Source: Macrostomum lignano
Lineage: Eukaryota
Assembly: GCA_002269645.1 (NCBI GenBank)
Contig: NIVC01001010.1
Span: 317,991-381,990, forward strand
DNA length: 64,000 nucleotides
Direction of reading: 5' to 3'
The notes under the pieces are model-generated. The model was given only the letters and a program-made list of their open reading frames with translations. It had not been told where the DNA came from and ran no database searches. Positions 47,801 to 59,370 of this stretch are shown in pieces; the stretch's first letter is position 1, and the number at the start of each line of letters is the position of its first letter. The position numbers and the translations under genes are program-made.

Positions 47801-50800
47801 GCAGTGGCAGTAGCAGTGGCAGTGGCAGCGGCAGTGGCAGTGGCAGCGGCAGCGGCAGTGGCAGTGGCAGTGGCAGCGGCAGTGGCAGCGGCAGTGGCAG
47901 TGGCAGCGGCAGTGGCAGTGGCAGCGGCAGTGGCAGCGGCAGTGGCAGAAAATCTCCAAGAATTTTTTAGGGTCTTCCCCGCATCAATCTAACGTTACCG
48001 TGTCCATACGAAGTCTTTCAAAGATTAGTAATACTCAGCAACCGTATCTGCCAACCTCCTGTGCATTATCTGCCCCATCTGCTGTAGAAACCAGAGCTCG
48101 GTACAGAAGAAATAGTACATGTAGGTCCGGTCCAGCAGCTCAGAAGCATTTTCTAAGCATACTGCATGCTTTCTAAATCCTGTGCTTCTAGAAGCGAGTT
48201 CTCTCTCGGGAAATATTTTTTCGCAGCAAGGGAAGGATTCTTGCATCTCGCGAGGCATGCCTAGCTAACTATTTTTCGGCTTATCTAAAGAAGCCATGCT
48301 TGCTTCTCTTGTCCAAGCCATAGCACAGATGCACTTAATGCATATAGGCTTGGCCAGTTTCCTGCTTACAACATTTCAGCTTTCCTTCTATCAAATTTAT
48401 GACTCAAAGCCTTACGAATAACAGAAGCCCCAACGCTTATTGCTATAGAAGACTGGGGATTGACTGCCAAGTATTGAGCTTTTCCCGCCTGAATATCTTC
48501 TAAACAGGGCCGTCAGCCAGATTAGCCATTGCACTCACTGCAAGCAGCTTGTTGCAGCCAGCTTCTAGCAGCAGTCACAGGGACCCTCATTGCTGGCGCC
48601 CCCTCTGTAGCTGGCGCCCCCTCTGTAGCTGGCGCCTCTCTCTGTAGCTGGCACCCTTTCTGTAGCTGGCGCCCCTCTCTGTAGCTGGCGCCTCTCTCTG
48701 TAGCTGGCACCCTTTCTGTAGCTGGCGCCCCTCTCTGTAGCTGGCGCCTCTCTCTGTAGCTGGCACCCTTTCTGTAGCTGGCGCCCCTCTCTGTAGCTGG
48801 CGCCCCTCTCTGTAGCTGGCGCCTCTCTCTGTAGCTGGCACCCTTTCTGTAGCTGGCGCCCCTCTCTGTAGCTGGCGCCCCTCTCTGTAATTGGCGCCCC
48901 TTCTGTAGCTGGCGCCCCTCTCTGTAGCTGGTGCCCCTGCTGTAGCTGGTGCCCCTCTCTGTAGCTGGCGCCCTTTCTGTAGCTGGCGCCCCTTCTGTAG
49001 CTAGCGCCCTTTCTGTAGCTGGCGCCCCTCCTGTAGCTGGCGCCCTTTCTGTAGCTGGCGCCCCTCCTGTAGCTGGCGCCTATCCTGTAGCTGGCGCCTC
49101 TCCTGTAGCTGGCGCCCCTCCTGTAGCTGGCGCCCCTTCTGTAGTTGGCGCCCCTCTCTGTAGGTGGCGTCCCTTCAGAAGATATTTAGCTCAAATGGCT
49201 AGAAAATCCCTTGTGGTGAAAATTTGCGGCTGGCCAAGAGCTACAAATACTGAGAAGAATTTCCGACATAGGCCAGAATATTATCGTATGTTGTCCACTA
49301 TTAGTAGGAAAAATATATATAAAAATTTATTTTATTTAATTTATTAAAATTTGAATACCTTTCGGCAGGCCGCCCCCGTCATATCAGGCGTGGCGCACAA
49401 AGGCCCGCTAGGCGGCCCGGCCACCCTGGCCGATTTAAACTCGGACAGCCGGCCGGAGCTGATCCTGCCGCTGCTCAACGGCTCCGTGATGGCCGCTGAT
49501 GTTACGCATCTTTTCGGTAGCCAAAGGCGCGTGCGGCCAACCGTTTGGCGCGCAGATTTGCCCGGTAGCGTCAAAGGCGCGGAGGTTCGGTGGGCCCTGG
49601 CGCCGGGGTTCTTCAGCCAAGACCGGGTGCCAGACTTTTTTGTGCAATACTGCGTGGGGCCCGGATATCCGGTCTACAGGAGTCAGAGAGTGAGTGCGGG
49701 GGTGCTGTTGGTCACTGTGTTAATCCTGAATGTCACTCTGTTGATTCTAAATGTAGTACACTAAGTTTGAATCCTGGTGTCGCTCTGTTGATCCTGATGC
49801 CACTCTGTTGATCCTGACGTCACTCTGTTGATCCTGACGTCACTCTGTTGATCCTGACGTCACTCTGTCGATCCTGATGTCACTCTGTTGATCCCAATGT
49901 CACTCTGTTCATTTTAATGTCACTCTATTGATCCCAATGTCACTCTGTTCATTTTAATGTCACTCTATTGATCCTGATGTCACTCTGTTGATCCTAATGT
50001 CACTCTGTTGATCCTGATGTCACTCTGTTGATCCTGATGTCACTCTGTTGATCCTGATGTCACTCTGTTGATCCTGATGTCACTCTGTCGATCCTAATGT
50101 CACTCTGTTGATCCTGATGTCACTCTGTTGATCCTGATGTCACTCTGTTGATCCTGATGTCACTCTGTTGATCCTGATGTCACTCTGTTGATCCTGATGT
50201 CACTCTGTTGATCCTGATGTCACTCTGTTGATCCTGATGTCACTCTGTTGATCCTGATGTCACTCTGTTGATCCTGATGTCACTCTGTTGATCCTGATGT
50301 CACTCTGTTGATCCTGATGTCACTCTGTTGATCCTGATGTCACTCTGTTGATCCTGACGTCACTCTGTTGATCCTGATGTCACTCTGTTGATCCTGACGT
50401 CACTCTGTCGATCCTAATGTCACTCTGTTGATCCTGATGTCACTCTGTTGATCCTGATGTCACTCTGTTGATCCTGATGTCACTCTGTTGATCCTGATGT
50501 CACTCTGTTGATCCTGACGTCACTCTGTTGATCCTGATGTCACTCTGTTGATCCTGATGTCACTCTGTTGATCCTGATGTCACTCTGTTGATCCTGATGT
50601 CACTCTGTTGATCCTGATGTCACTCTGTTGATCCTGATGTCACCCTGTTGATCCTGATGTCACTCTATCGATCATTCTATCATCCTACTAACAATTTTTT
50701 TAACTCATTTCAACGCCGACTCTCTCAGTTCGTCGTCCTCGACGGTTCCACCGGCCGGGTGATCAAAGAGTTGCCGCCTGCCGAGGCCGCGGTTGGCATC

Positions 50801-53800
50801 GCTGGATCGCTCGGCTCCCCGCTGACCGTGTCATTCGAGGGAGTCGGTCAGGACCTGTTCCTGCACTGGCGGCTTGACTGTCGCAGGCGGAGGGCGTCGG
50901 GTGAGACTTGGCCGACTGTTTGATTGGCACTCTGTTTACGCTAAATGTTATTCTGGTTAATCTGAAATGCTACTTTTGATCTTACATGTCAGTAACTCTA
51001 CTTATTATGTTACCCTGTTATGTATAATGTCACTCAGTTGATTATAGTGTCACTCTGTTGATTGTAGTGTCACTCTGTTGATTGTAGTGTCACTCTGTTG
51101 ATAACAACGTCATTTTGTTGATTATAGTGTCACTCTGTTGATTATAGTGTCACTCTGTTGATTGTAGTGTCACTCTGTTGATAATAACGTCACTCTGTTG
51201 ATAATAACGTCACTCTGTTGATTATAGTGTCACTCTGTTGATTATAGTATCACTCTGTTGATTATAGTGTCACTCTGTTGATTATAGTATCACTCTGTTG
51301 ATTATAGTGTCACTCTGTTGATTATAGTATCACTCTGTTGATTATAGCGTCACTCTGTTGGTTATAGCGTCACTCTGTTGATTATAGTGTCACTCTGTTG
51401 ATTATAGTGTCACTCTGTTGATTATAGCGTCACTCTGTTGATTATAGCGTCACTCTGTTGATTATAGTGTCACTTTGTTGATTATAGCGTCACTCTGTTG
51501 GTTATAGCGTCACTCTGTTGATTATAGGGTCACTCTGTTGATTATAGTGTCACTCTCTCCCCACTTTTCTTAGGCGCCGCAAAATGGCTGCCCTGTTGGC
51601 GAAGATTCAACGCGAACTCGGCCGCTCAGCTGTTGCTGGTTGGCCAGCACATCCCGGCGTCTGGCGTCACCGTCTACGATGAACGTGAGTTTATCGCTGT
51701 GTCTGTTGGTTCCGGTCGCTGTGTCTGCGGCTTCCGGTGACTGTGCCTGTGAGTTCCAAGTCACTGTTTCTGTGGGTCCCGGTGACTGTGCCTGTGGCTT
51801 CCGGTCACTGTGTCTGTGCGTTCCGGTGACTGTGTCTGTGGGTTCCGGTGACTGTGTCTGTGGGTTCCGGTCACTGTGCCTGTGGGTTCCGGTCACTGGC
51901 TGTGGGTTCCGGTCACTGTGCCTGTGGGTTCCGGTCACTGTCTGTGGGTTCCGGTCACTGTGCCTGTGGGTTCCGGTCACTGTGCCTGTGGGTTCCAGTT
52001 TTGGGCGGGATTACACAGTGTTTCTGGTCAATGCATCTTTTAGATTCAGTTAATTTAAGTTTGTGTAATTTCATGTTAGCTATGTCAGTGAGAAAACTGC
52101 CACTGCATTCCCCCTTCGTTAGGCGCTGAAAATGACAGCTCATCAGACCGGCCCTTAGCAACCACAGGCACTTTGGCGCCGCCAGTCAATCGAAATTCCC
52201 ACGGCAACAACGGCAGTAGCAGCATCGATGCGGTGTTCGCCGTTGCCTCCACTGCGGATGACCCAGCCAGTCAGGAGCAAACTTGCCTGGACAGTTACCT
52301 GAGCCGCTCGGCTGATAGGTTTAATAGAGCCAGTAAGTGGCACTGTTTCGAGGAAATCTTGATAGATAATTGGGTGGAAATTTCCTAAGCCAAGCCCGGT
52401 CATCTCTCTATCTCGCAGGCAAGAGCTACGGCATGAGTGCGCGGCGCTACAGAGCTATGGCTATGCGACGCTGTTATCAAAAGTTCAATAAAATTTATTC
52501 CACTCACAATATAAATAGCGACCGGTTTGCTAGCAAGTTTAAACAGCTGGTTGTCTATCGGTGAGTGAAGTGATGGTGTTTATCTGTGAGTGAAGTGATG
52601 GTGTTTATCTGTGAGTGAAGTGATGGTGTTTATCTGTGAGTGAAGTGATGGTGTTTATCTGTGAGTGAAGTGATGGTGTTTATCTGTGAGTGAAGTGATG
52701 GTGTTTATCTGTGACTGAAGTGATGGTGTTTATCTGTGAGTGAAGTGATGGTGTTTATCTGTGAGTGAAGTGATAAGTGTTTATCTGTGAGTGAAGTGAT
52801 GGTGTTTATCTGTGAGTGAAGTGATGGTGTTTATCTGTGAGTGAAGTGATGGTGTTAATTTATTTGTGAGTGACGTGATGGTGTTTATCTGTGAGTGACG
52901 TGATGGTGTTTATCTGTGAGTGAAGTGATGGTGTTTATCTGTGAGTGAAGTGGTGTTTATCTGTGAGTGAAGTGATGGTGTTTATCTGTGAGTGAAGTGA
53001 TAAGTGTTTATCTGTGAGTGAAGTGATGGTGTTTATCTGTGAGTGAAGTGATGTTGTTAATTTATTTGTGAGTGACGTGATGGTGTTTATCTGTGAGTGA
53101 CGTGATGGTGTTTATCTGGGAGTGAAGTGATGGTGTTTATCTGTGAGTGAGGTGATGGTGTTTATCTGTGAGTGAGTGAGTGAAGTGATGGTGTTTATCT
53201 GTGAGTGAAGTGATGGTGTTTATCTGTGAGTGAAGTGATGGTGTTTATCTGTGAGTGAAGTGATGGTGTTTATCTGTGAGTGAAGTGATGGTGTTTATCT
53301 GTGAGTGAAGTGATGATGTTTATCTGGGAGTGAGTGAGTGAATTGATAGTGTTTATCAGTGAGTGACGTGTTGGTGTTTATCTGTGAGTGACGTGATGGT
53401 GTTTATCTGTGAGTGACGTGATGGTGTTTATCTGTGAGTGACGTGATGGTGTTTATCTGTGAGTGACGTGATGGTGTTTATCTGTGAGTGAAGTGATAAC
53501 TGTTTATCTGTGAGTGAATTGATGGTGTTTATCTGTGAGTGAAGTGATGGTGTTTATCTGTGAGTGAAGTGATGGTGTTTATCTATGAGTGAGGTGATGG
53601 TGTTTATCTGTGAGTGAGTGAGTGAATTGATAGTGTTTATCAGTGAGTGACGTGTTGGTGTTTATCTGGGAGTGAAGTGATGGTGTTTATCTGTGAGTGA
53701 GGTGATGGTGTTTATCTGTGAGTGAGTGAGTGAAGTGATGGTGTTTATCTGTGAGTGAAGTGATGGTGTTTATCTGTGAGTGAAGTGATGGTGTTTATCT

Positions 53801-54257
53801 GTGAGTGAAGTGATGGTGTTTATCTGTGAGTGAAGTGATGGTGTTTATCTGTGAGTGAAGTGATGGTGTTTATCTGTGAGTGAAGTGATGGTGTTTATCT
53901 GTGAGTGAAGTGATGGTGTTTATCTGTGAGTGAAGTGATGATGTTTATCTGGGAGTGAGTGAGTGAATTAATAGTGTTTATCTGTGAGTGACGTGTTGGT
54001 GTTTATCTGGGAGTGAAGTGATGGTGTTTATCTGGGAGTGAGTGAGTGAAGTGATGGTGTTTATCTGTGAGTGAAGTGCTGGTATTTACCAACCGCTTCT
54101 ACCTACATGCACTCGCAGGCGACGTATCACCTGTCACTGCAATCGGAGGGCCAGAGCGAGCAACCGGAAGTGTCTCCGGATTCTCCCCTACTCAGAGCAG
54201 CGCTGGACAGCCTACATGGGCAACCGGGCCGATGGCTACCTGAGAAATGCGCCCTGA
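44890..54257 (+). CDS. FAM234: FAM234/ITFG3-like type II membrane protein with FG-GAP repeats. Exons 44890-45505, 45799-45968, 46518-46935, 49369-49689, 50729-50900, 51574-51684, 52123-52332, 52419-52560, 54119-54257; start unresolved; frameshift in exon 3
   Basis: Acidic N-terminus, one hydrophobic segment (LTAAIAYATATIATIVLLATAAAYAL), motifs LLDVNQDGVPDV, GGIEALDGATGRTIW, DLNKDGLPDCLVGGRGG, DVDDDGVPDF, LADLNSDSRPE, TTGTLAP, and C-terminal QRWTAYMGNRADGY. Junction phases chain correctly except exon 3 (418 nt, phase 0 on both sides). Family assignment is from remembered motifs. Confidence 0.75.
45551..45711. promoter_or_regulatory. Cluster of five RFX X-box-like palindromes
   Basis: GTTTCCATGGCAAC 45551, GTCACCATAGCAAC 45573, GCTACCATGGCAAT 45620, GTTGTCATAGCAAC 45679, GTTTCCATAGCAAC 45698. 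Confidence 0.6.
45969..46420. repeat. 23-bp minisatellite beginning exactly at the splice donor
   Basis: GTGAGTctgatgtttattgctgc followed by CTGAGTctgatgtttattgctga units. Confidence 0.95.
46945..47947. repeat. (GGCAGT/AGCAGT)n microsatellite at the start of FAM234 intron 3
   Basis: Direct observation. Confidence 0.97.
48000..48260 (-). pseudogene. Possible decayed LINE (CR1/L2-like) post-RT fragment
   Basis: One frame reads KACSMLRKCF*AAGPDLHVLFLLYRALV with stops, resembling the KA..ML..L..CF....LLYKALV motif; weak. Confidence 0.3.
48590..49160. repeat. About 20-bp minisatellite (ctgtagctggcgcccctct)
   Basis: Tandem copies; preceded by a hAT-like CAGGGCCGTC at 48504. Confidence 0.9.
49725..50670. 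repeat. 20-bp minisatellite (gtcactctgttgatcctgat), FAM234 intron 4
   Basis: Tandem copies. Confidence 0.95.
51030..51556. repeat. 20-bp minisatellite (gtcactctgttgattatagt), FAM234 intron 5
   Basis: Tandem copies ending at the polypyrimidine tract. Confidence 0.95.
51690..51997. repeat. Minisatellite (tgtgggttccggtcactgtgcc), FAM234 intron 6
   Basis: Variable tandem units starting just after the donor. Confidence 0.88.
52561..54077. repeat. 25-bp minisatellite (gtgagtgaagtgatggtgtttatct), about 55-60 copies, making up nearly all of FAM234 intron 8
   Basis: The first unit starts at the first intron base. Confidence 0.97.
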
Positions 54258-54779
54258 TAAAAATCGAATGTTGCTATTGATGAATAATTATGAGGAAAGT
54301 GGGCAGTATTTAACCAAATAATTGCGCTTTGTGAAACATTTGACCATTCGATCTAACTGTACTGCGGTGTACTTTTTACCCGTGTGATCAAGTCATATCT
54401 GTCATCAGTGGGATATACATACTATCTGATAATTTTACGGAGTCTAACCTCATTCTATATACTCATTCATTCATTCCATATCATATGCTTTAATTATATC
54501 TAACATGGTGTCCTTCGGCCGACTACATGAAGGAAAGTACATGTGACAATTTTCAAGCGTTTCTTGCCCCTCTTGGGGCCATAGACAAAACAGATATACC
54601 TCGTGCATAAACACCATACTTCCTCTGGTCATTGAAAACTTTACAGTTGGCTTCAGCTCTTATTAACAGTCTATTGATTTTTTAGAGAAATAAGAAATAC
54701 CAGTAATTGCTAATTCACATAATTCAACAGACTCGCAGTGTTCACGCAGTGTTCATTCTACAGTTCAAAACAAATAATT

Positions 54780-55059
54780 GATTACACTTGCCCTGATAGG
54801 CAGATGTGCAACTGACAGCTCAGCCGCAGCTATTGCGCGGCGCATCTGAAGGCTGCGTAAGGATGCTCAGTACAAGGACTGGGGGGTCGCCACACACATC
54901 CTGAATTAGCCCAGCTGGCACCCATTTTACAACTGGGTGAACTGAAGCAATGCAGAGTGAGTATCTTGCTCAAGGACACAAATTGTTCCGAATGGTTCGA
55001 GAATCGAACCCCCGACCTTCGCTCCGACGAGTCCGACGCTCCAACCACTAGGCTACAAC
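54780..55059 (-). mobile_element. tRNA-derived SINE (family B), second copy
   Basis: Reverse complement aligns with 33049-33335 over its whole length. Confidence 0.8.
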
Positions 55060-55634
55060 CAGGGGCGTAGCCAGGAATTTTGATTGGGGGGGGCCGTGAG
55101 TTAGGGGGCGCCAGCTTCTTATAGGGGGGCGCCAGTTTCTTTTAGGGGGGGCGCCAGTTTCTTATAGGGGGGGGCGCCAGTTTCTTTTAGGGGGGCGCCA
55201 GTTTCTTTTAGGGGGGCGCCAGTTTCTTTTAGGAGGGGCCGGGGGCACCAGTTTCTTTTAGGGGGGGGGGCGCCAGTTTCTTTTAGGGGGGGGGGGCGCC
55301 AGTTTCTTATAGGGGGGGGGGCGCCAGTTTCTTTTAGGAGGGGCCGGGGGCACCAGTTTCTTTTAGGGGGGGGGCGCCAGTTTCTTTTAGGGGGGCGCCA
55401 GTTTCTTATAGGGTGGGGGCGCCAGTTTCTTTTAGGGGCCGGGGGCACCAGTTTCTTTTAGGGGCCGGGGGCACCAGTTTCTTTTAGGGGGGGGGGCGCC
55501 AGTTTCTTATAGGGGGGGGGGGCGCCAGTTTCTTATAGGGGGGGGCGCCAGTTTCTTTTAGGGGGGGGCGCCAAGGCCAGAGTTGGTGCTTGGGGGGGCC
55601 ACGGCCCCCTTGCCCCCCTCTGGCTACGCCCCTG
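55060..55634. mobile_element. hAT-type MITE with an internal G-rich tandem array
   Basis: 15-bp TIR CAGGGGCGTAGCCAG / CTGGCTACGCCCCTG; perfect 8-bp TSD GCTACAAC (55052-55059, 55635-55642). Confidence 0.92.
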
Positions 55635-56752
55635 GCTACAACCTAGTTTTAAAGCTGTCTATGGCCTTACCCTATGGTTAAAAGAATATGACGGGGGAAG
55701 GAATTGGACACTCATTTCGGCCATAGACAGCGCTGCAATTGGTTGTCCTCTTGCTCAGCTTACCAAGCAAGTGCAGTTGCTCAAAACTTATGAAACCGAA
55801 ATTATTGTCACTTGTCACTTGTATTTGGTTTATACTCGTAAGAAAACGGGCCATTGGACATGCAGAGTTTAATATACATTTACATTTATTTAATATACAT
55901 TCGGTACATTTACGACACCGAATTTAGCCTTCTTAGCTTCATCTTTCTGCACGAGCCTCATTCGTGAAGCTAAGTTGGGAATTCCTGCCTGCCGCCGCGG
56001 TGGCGGACTACGGATCGTGAGGAGCACATACTGTATTAGACATGTAAAACTTCTCTGTTAAAGAACACCAGCATCAAACCAAACTTTTATTTAAGATAAA
56101 CAGAAGTGACGGGGATGCGATGCAGGCCATTGCCTCCCTCCTAAATCCGCCCCTGCCAACACCAAAAGGAAAATCCAAAAAGGACGTCAACTAAATTGGC
56201 GAATAAGCACGCGTTTTATACAGTTTCTAGGAAACCTACGATAAAACAAAATTTCAAAGTAGATGTCAGGCGTTAGGAAATATCACTAACAAATATGAGT
56301 AATTACTCTAATGAGAAAGATAGGAGATTGTAGCGTACTTTAATAACTTTCCCGAAATTTCTTCAGATTTCTAAAAGTCAAAAACTATTTCCAGAAACTT
56401 CTTTGAGTTAGCAGCTAATCTATAACATACGCATATAAATAGTAAATAATTAATTATTACTTAACTATCGATGTTCTAATTGTATTTACGTAATGTATAT
56501 AATTAAAGAGTTATTTCGCTTTGTTAAAATTAGCTAAATCTTTCTAGAAATTTCCGGAAGGCAATAACAAAGCTATAAATACACGGCGGCAGCAGTGAAA
56601 CAAATCACTCTCTCACTCTCCCCTTGTTTTCTCTTTGATCTAAAGTTACGTTGGTAAATAACTAAATGAACCACCGCCTTGCTCTCATTCAATAATCAAT
56701 TAAAGAAAATTCTACAAGATGATAGATATATTGTCTGTATTCAGACTAGAGT

Positions 56753-57448
56753 CAAGGACGACTTAAGTAGAAGGACGGGAAACCTCGTTTCTTAGAAAAT
56801 TTTTGAAGGCACTTTTTCCCGAAAAAATACACTACGGAGATAGGAAATTTTCATTTTTTCAGCACAAAAATTGCTATTACTTTTGATAGGAGGCAGATAC
56901 AGTGTTTATCTTTTGATATGTTGTGCCTTTTTATAGCTCTATCGATATTTATAAAGCTTTTTGTTCAGAAAATTAGCTTTCTATGTTAATTTTTTATTCT
57001 ACGGATATTTCCTGTACCTGAAAATCACAAAAATGCATGACACAGCTCCAATATTTGGTTTTATGAATCTATTTTATCATCTCTGTTACGAATATGTGCT
57101 ACACAGTCAGTTAAGAATGACAAAATAGACTCATAAAACCAAAGAGCTGAGCCGTGGCATTTTAATGTATTTCAAGCACAAGACGCGTGAAGATATACGT
57201 AGAATAAAAAATTAACATAGAAAGCTAATTTTCTGAACGAAAAGATTTATAAATATCGATAGAGCAATAAAAAAGGCACAACATATCAAAAGATAAACAC
57301 TGAATCTGCTTCCTATCAAAAGTAATAGCAATTTTTGTGCTGAAAAAATGAAAACTTCCTATCTCCGTAGTGTATTTTTTCGGGAAAAGTGCCTTCAAAA
57401 ATTTTCTAAGAAACGAGGTTTCCCGTCCTTCTACTTAAGTCGTCCTTG
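56753..57448. mobile_element. Foldback nonautonomous DNA transposon (P-like termini), 696 bp
   Basis: Arms of about 330 bp in inverted orientation, termini CAAGG...CCTTG, perfect 8-bp TSD ACTAGAGT (56745-56752, 57449-57456). Confidence 0.88.
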
Positions 57449-57665
57449 ACTAGAGTATTATTAAAATCTTAGCTTTCTGTGCCGCAGTTTCAATTAAAAA
57501 GTATTTTAGTAGACATCATAAATTCCTTTTTCCTCCTTATTTGGCTTGGCATTTGCACCATTATCACGTAAATAAACAATAAAGTCTTATTACAATTTTG
57601 CTTTGCTTTCTCATCTTACAATTAAACCCAGGGGATGCTAACCCTACGCCTATAAAAAAATTATC

Positions 57666-57715
57666 TGCCCAGGCGAGGATCGAACTCACAACCTCCGCAT
57701 TATAAGTACAGCGCG
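57666..57715 (-). pseudogene. 5'-truncated tRNA-Ile(TAT) fragment without intron
   Basis: CGCGCTGTACT-TAT-AATGCGGAGGTTGTGAGTTCGATCCTCGCCTGGGCA: anticodon arm, T arm and 3' acceptor strand are present; the 5' acceptor strand and most of the D arm are absent; no CCA. Confidence 0.75.
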
Positions 57716-58604
57716 AGGGACTAGAATAGATCACAGATATAAAATGAACTTCTACTATATCAGTATTAATATTACTAGAACTGAAACCTTTAATAAAATT
57801 TAAAACAAGTCTATTACATTAGTTAGGGAATCCAGTGAGATTTTAAAAGTTTTTTTGTATTTTATTTCATTTGATAAATCTCACTTGCCTGAGTAAAAAT
57901 ACACTTTACCACTGTTACTGTTACAGGTGTAATTGTGCCTAGTTACTAATGCCACCAAGTTGTACTAGGGCAAAACTTCTCTCTATTAAGACTCCACTAA
58001 ATTGTACAAAGTTTATTATTTCTAACCCTAGGACTAGGAATCCTATTAATTATACCTATATATAGGCCTACGTATATGGGCTACTGTCAGTACAAGTGGT
58101 TTCAGTCCATTTCGGCGAAAGCCCACTTCGGCGAAGGCCACTTCGGCGAAAGACAATTTCGGAGAATCCACTTCGGCGAATGCAATGACCACTTTGGCGA
58201 ACGATATAATATAGTATATTTAACTTTATATAATTAAATTTTAATAGTATTTAATGACTACAACTAAAAATTAAGTGCTCAAAATTACTACAACTGCAAA
58301 TTTTGTTTTACTTTCTCATCCCAGAATACTTAGTGAGTCAGCTCATATGTTCAAATTTATATTCCCTAATTCATATTGAATTTCAATTGTATTCCATAAT
58401 CTTATATTTAGCTCATCCGTAAGATACTATAGGCAATGGCTAGAGTTCATGTCAAGATAGTAGGTATATATAACGTAAGAAAAAACAAACCATTGATCAT
58501 CCTCATGGCCCATGATGAAAGCGTGGATGGTGTACAGCTGAACGAAGGGCTTATTTACCACGTGGAAAGTCTGTCTGTCTGTCTGTCTGTCTGTCTGCGT
58601 ACAA

Positions 58605-58644
<40 letters not shown>

Positions 58645-58910
58645 CAGAGATAAATGAGAAGAGATACCTCGTAAGAGAGAGAGAATAAAAAAGAGAGAAG
58701 AGATATAAGAGACGAAAGAAAAGGGTGCAGAGAGGAAGAGAGTGGAGAGAGGAGAGGAAAGAGTTGAGAGAAGAGAGTAGAGAGAAATGAAATGAGATAA
58801 AAGAGGAGAAAGGAAATGAGAGAGCAGAGACGAGAGAAGAAGGGAGAGAGGGGAGAATAGAGAAGAAAGAAAACTATGGACTCTATTCCATGCCGGCCGC
58901 AGACATACAT

Positions 58911-59066
58911 GCGCAACTTTGGGAATCACCCGGCCGTTTCTATTAGCAACACACACATGTAAGTCGCTATTGGCTGAGAGCAGTCACGTGACTACTATTC
59001 CGTCCAATAGCGACTTACATGTGTGTGTTGCCAATAGAAACGGCCGAGTGAATCCCAAGGTTGCGC
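58911..59066. repeat. Long hairpin: 63-bp inverted arms (4 mismatches) and 30-bp spacer
   Basis: Arms 58911-58973 and 59004-59066 aligned by eye. Confidence 0.9.
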
Positions 59067-59370
59067 CCAAGCATGCGGCCGCTCAACCAATGGAGAGTGG
59101 AGAAGGAAGAGAGAGAAGAGTGAGAAGAGAGAGAAAGAAAAATAAAAAGAGAAAAAATAGAGGAGAGAGAAGAGGGAAAAGAGAAAAGAGGAGAGAGGAT
59201 AGTTCAGAGATAAAAGAAAGATTAGAGAGGAGAGAGGATGGAGAATAAAAGGATCGAGAGGAGAGACGAGAGAGAGGAGAGTAAATAGAGTAGAGGTAAG
59301 AGAGAGAGAGGAGCGGAGAGAGTACAGAGAGGATAGGGTTTCTAGTATAATAAAGTGCACGATAATATAC

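Noticed and set aside
52484-52560. Alternative model with a 14-nt microexon in FAM234
   Set aside because: Using the GTAAGT donor at 52333 keeps the frame open through 52419-52560 without extra introns.
55652-55722. 13-bp inverted repeat gctgtctatggcc...ggccatagacagc
   Set aside because: Possible tiny MITE remnant but no TSD could be established.
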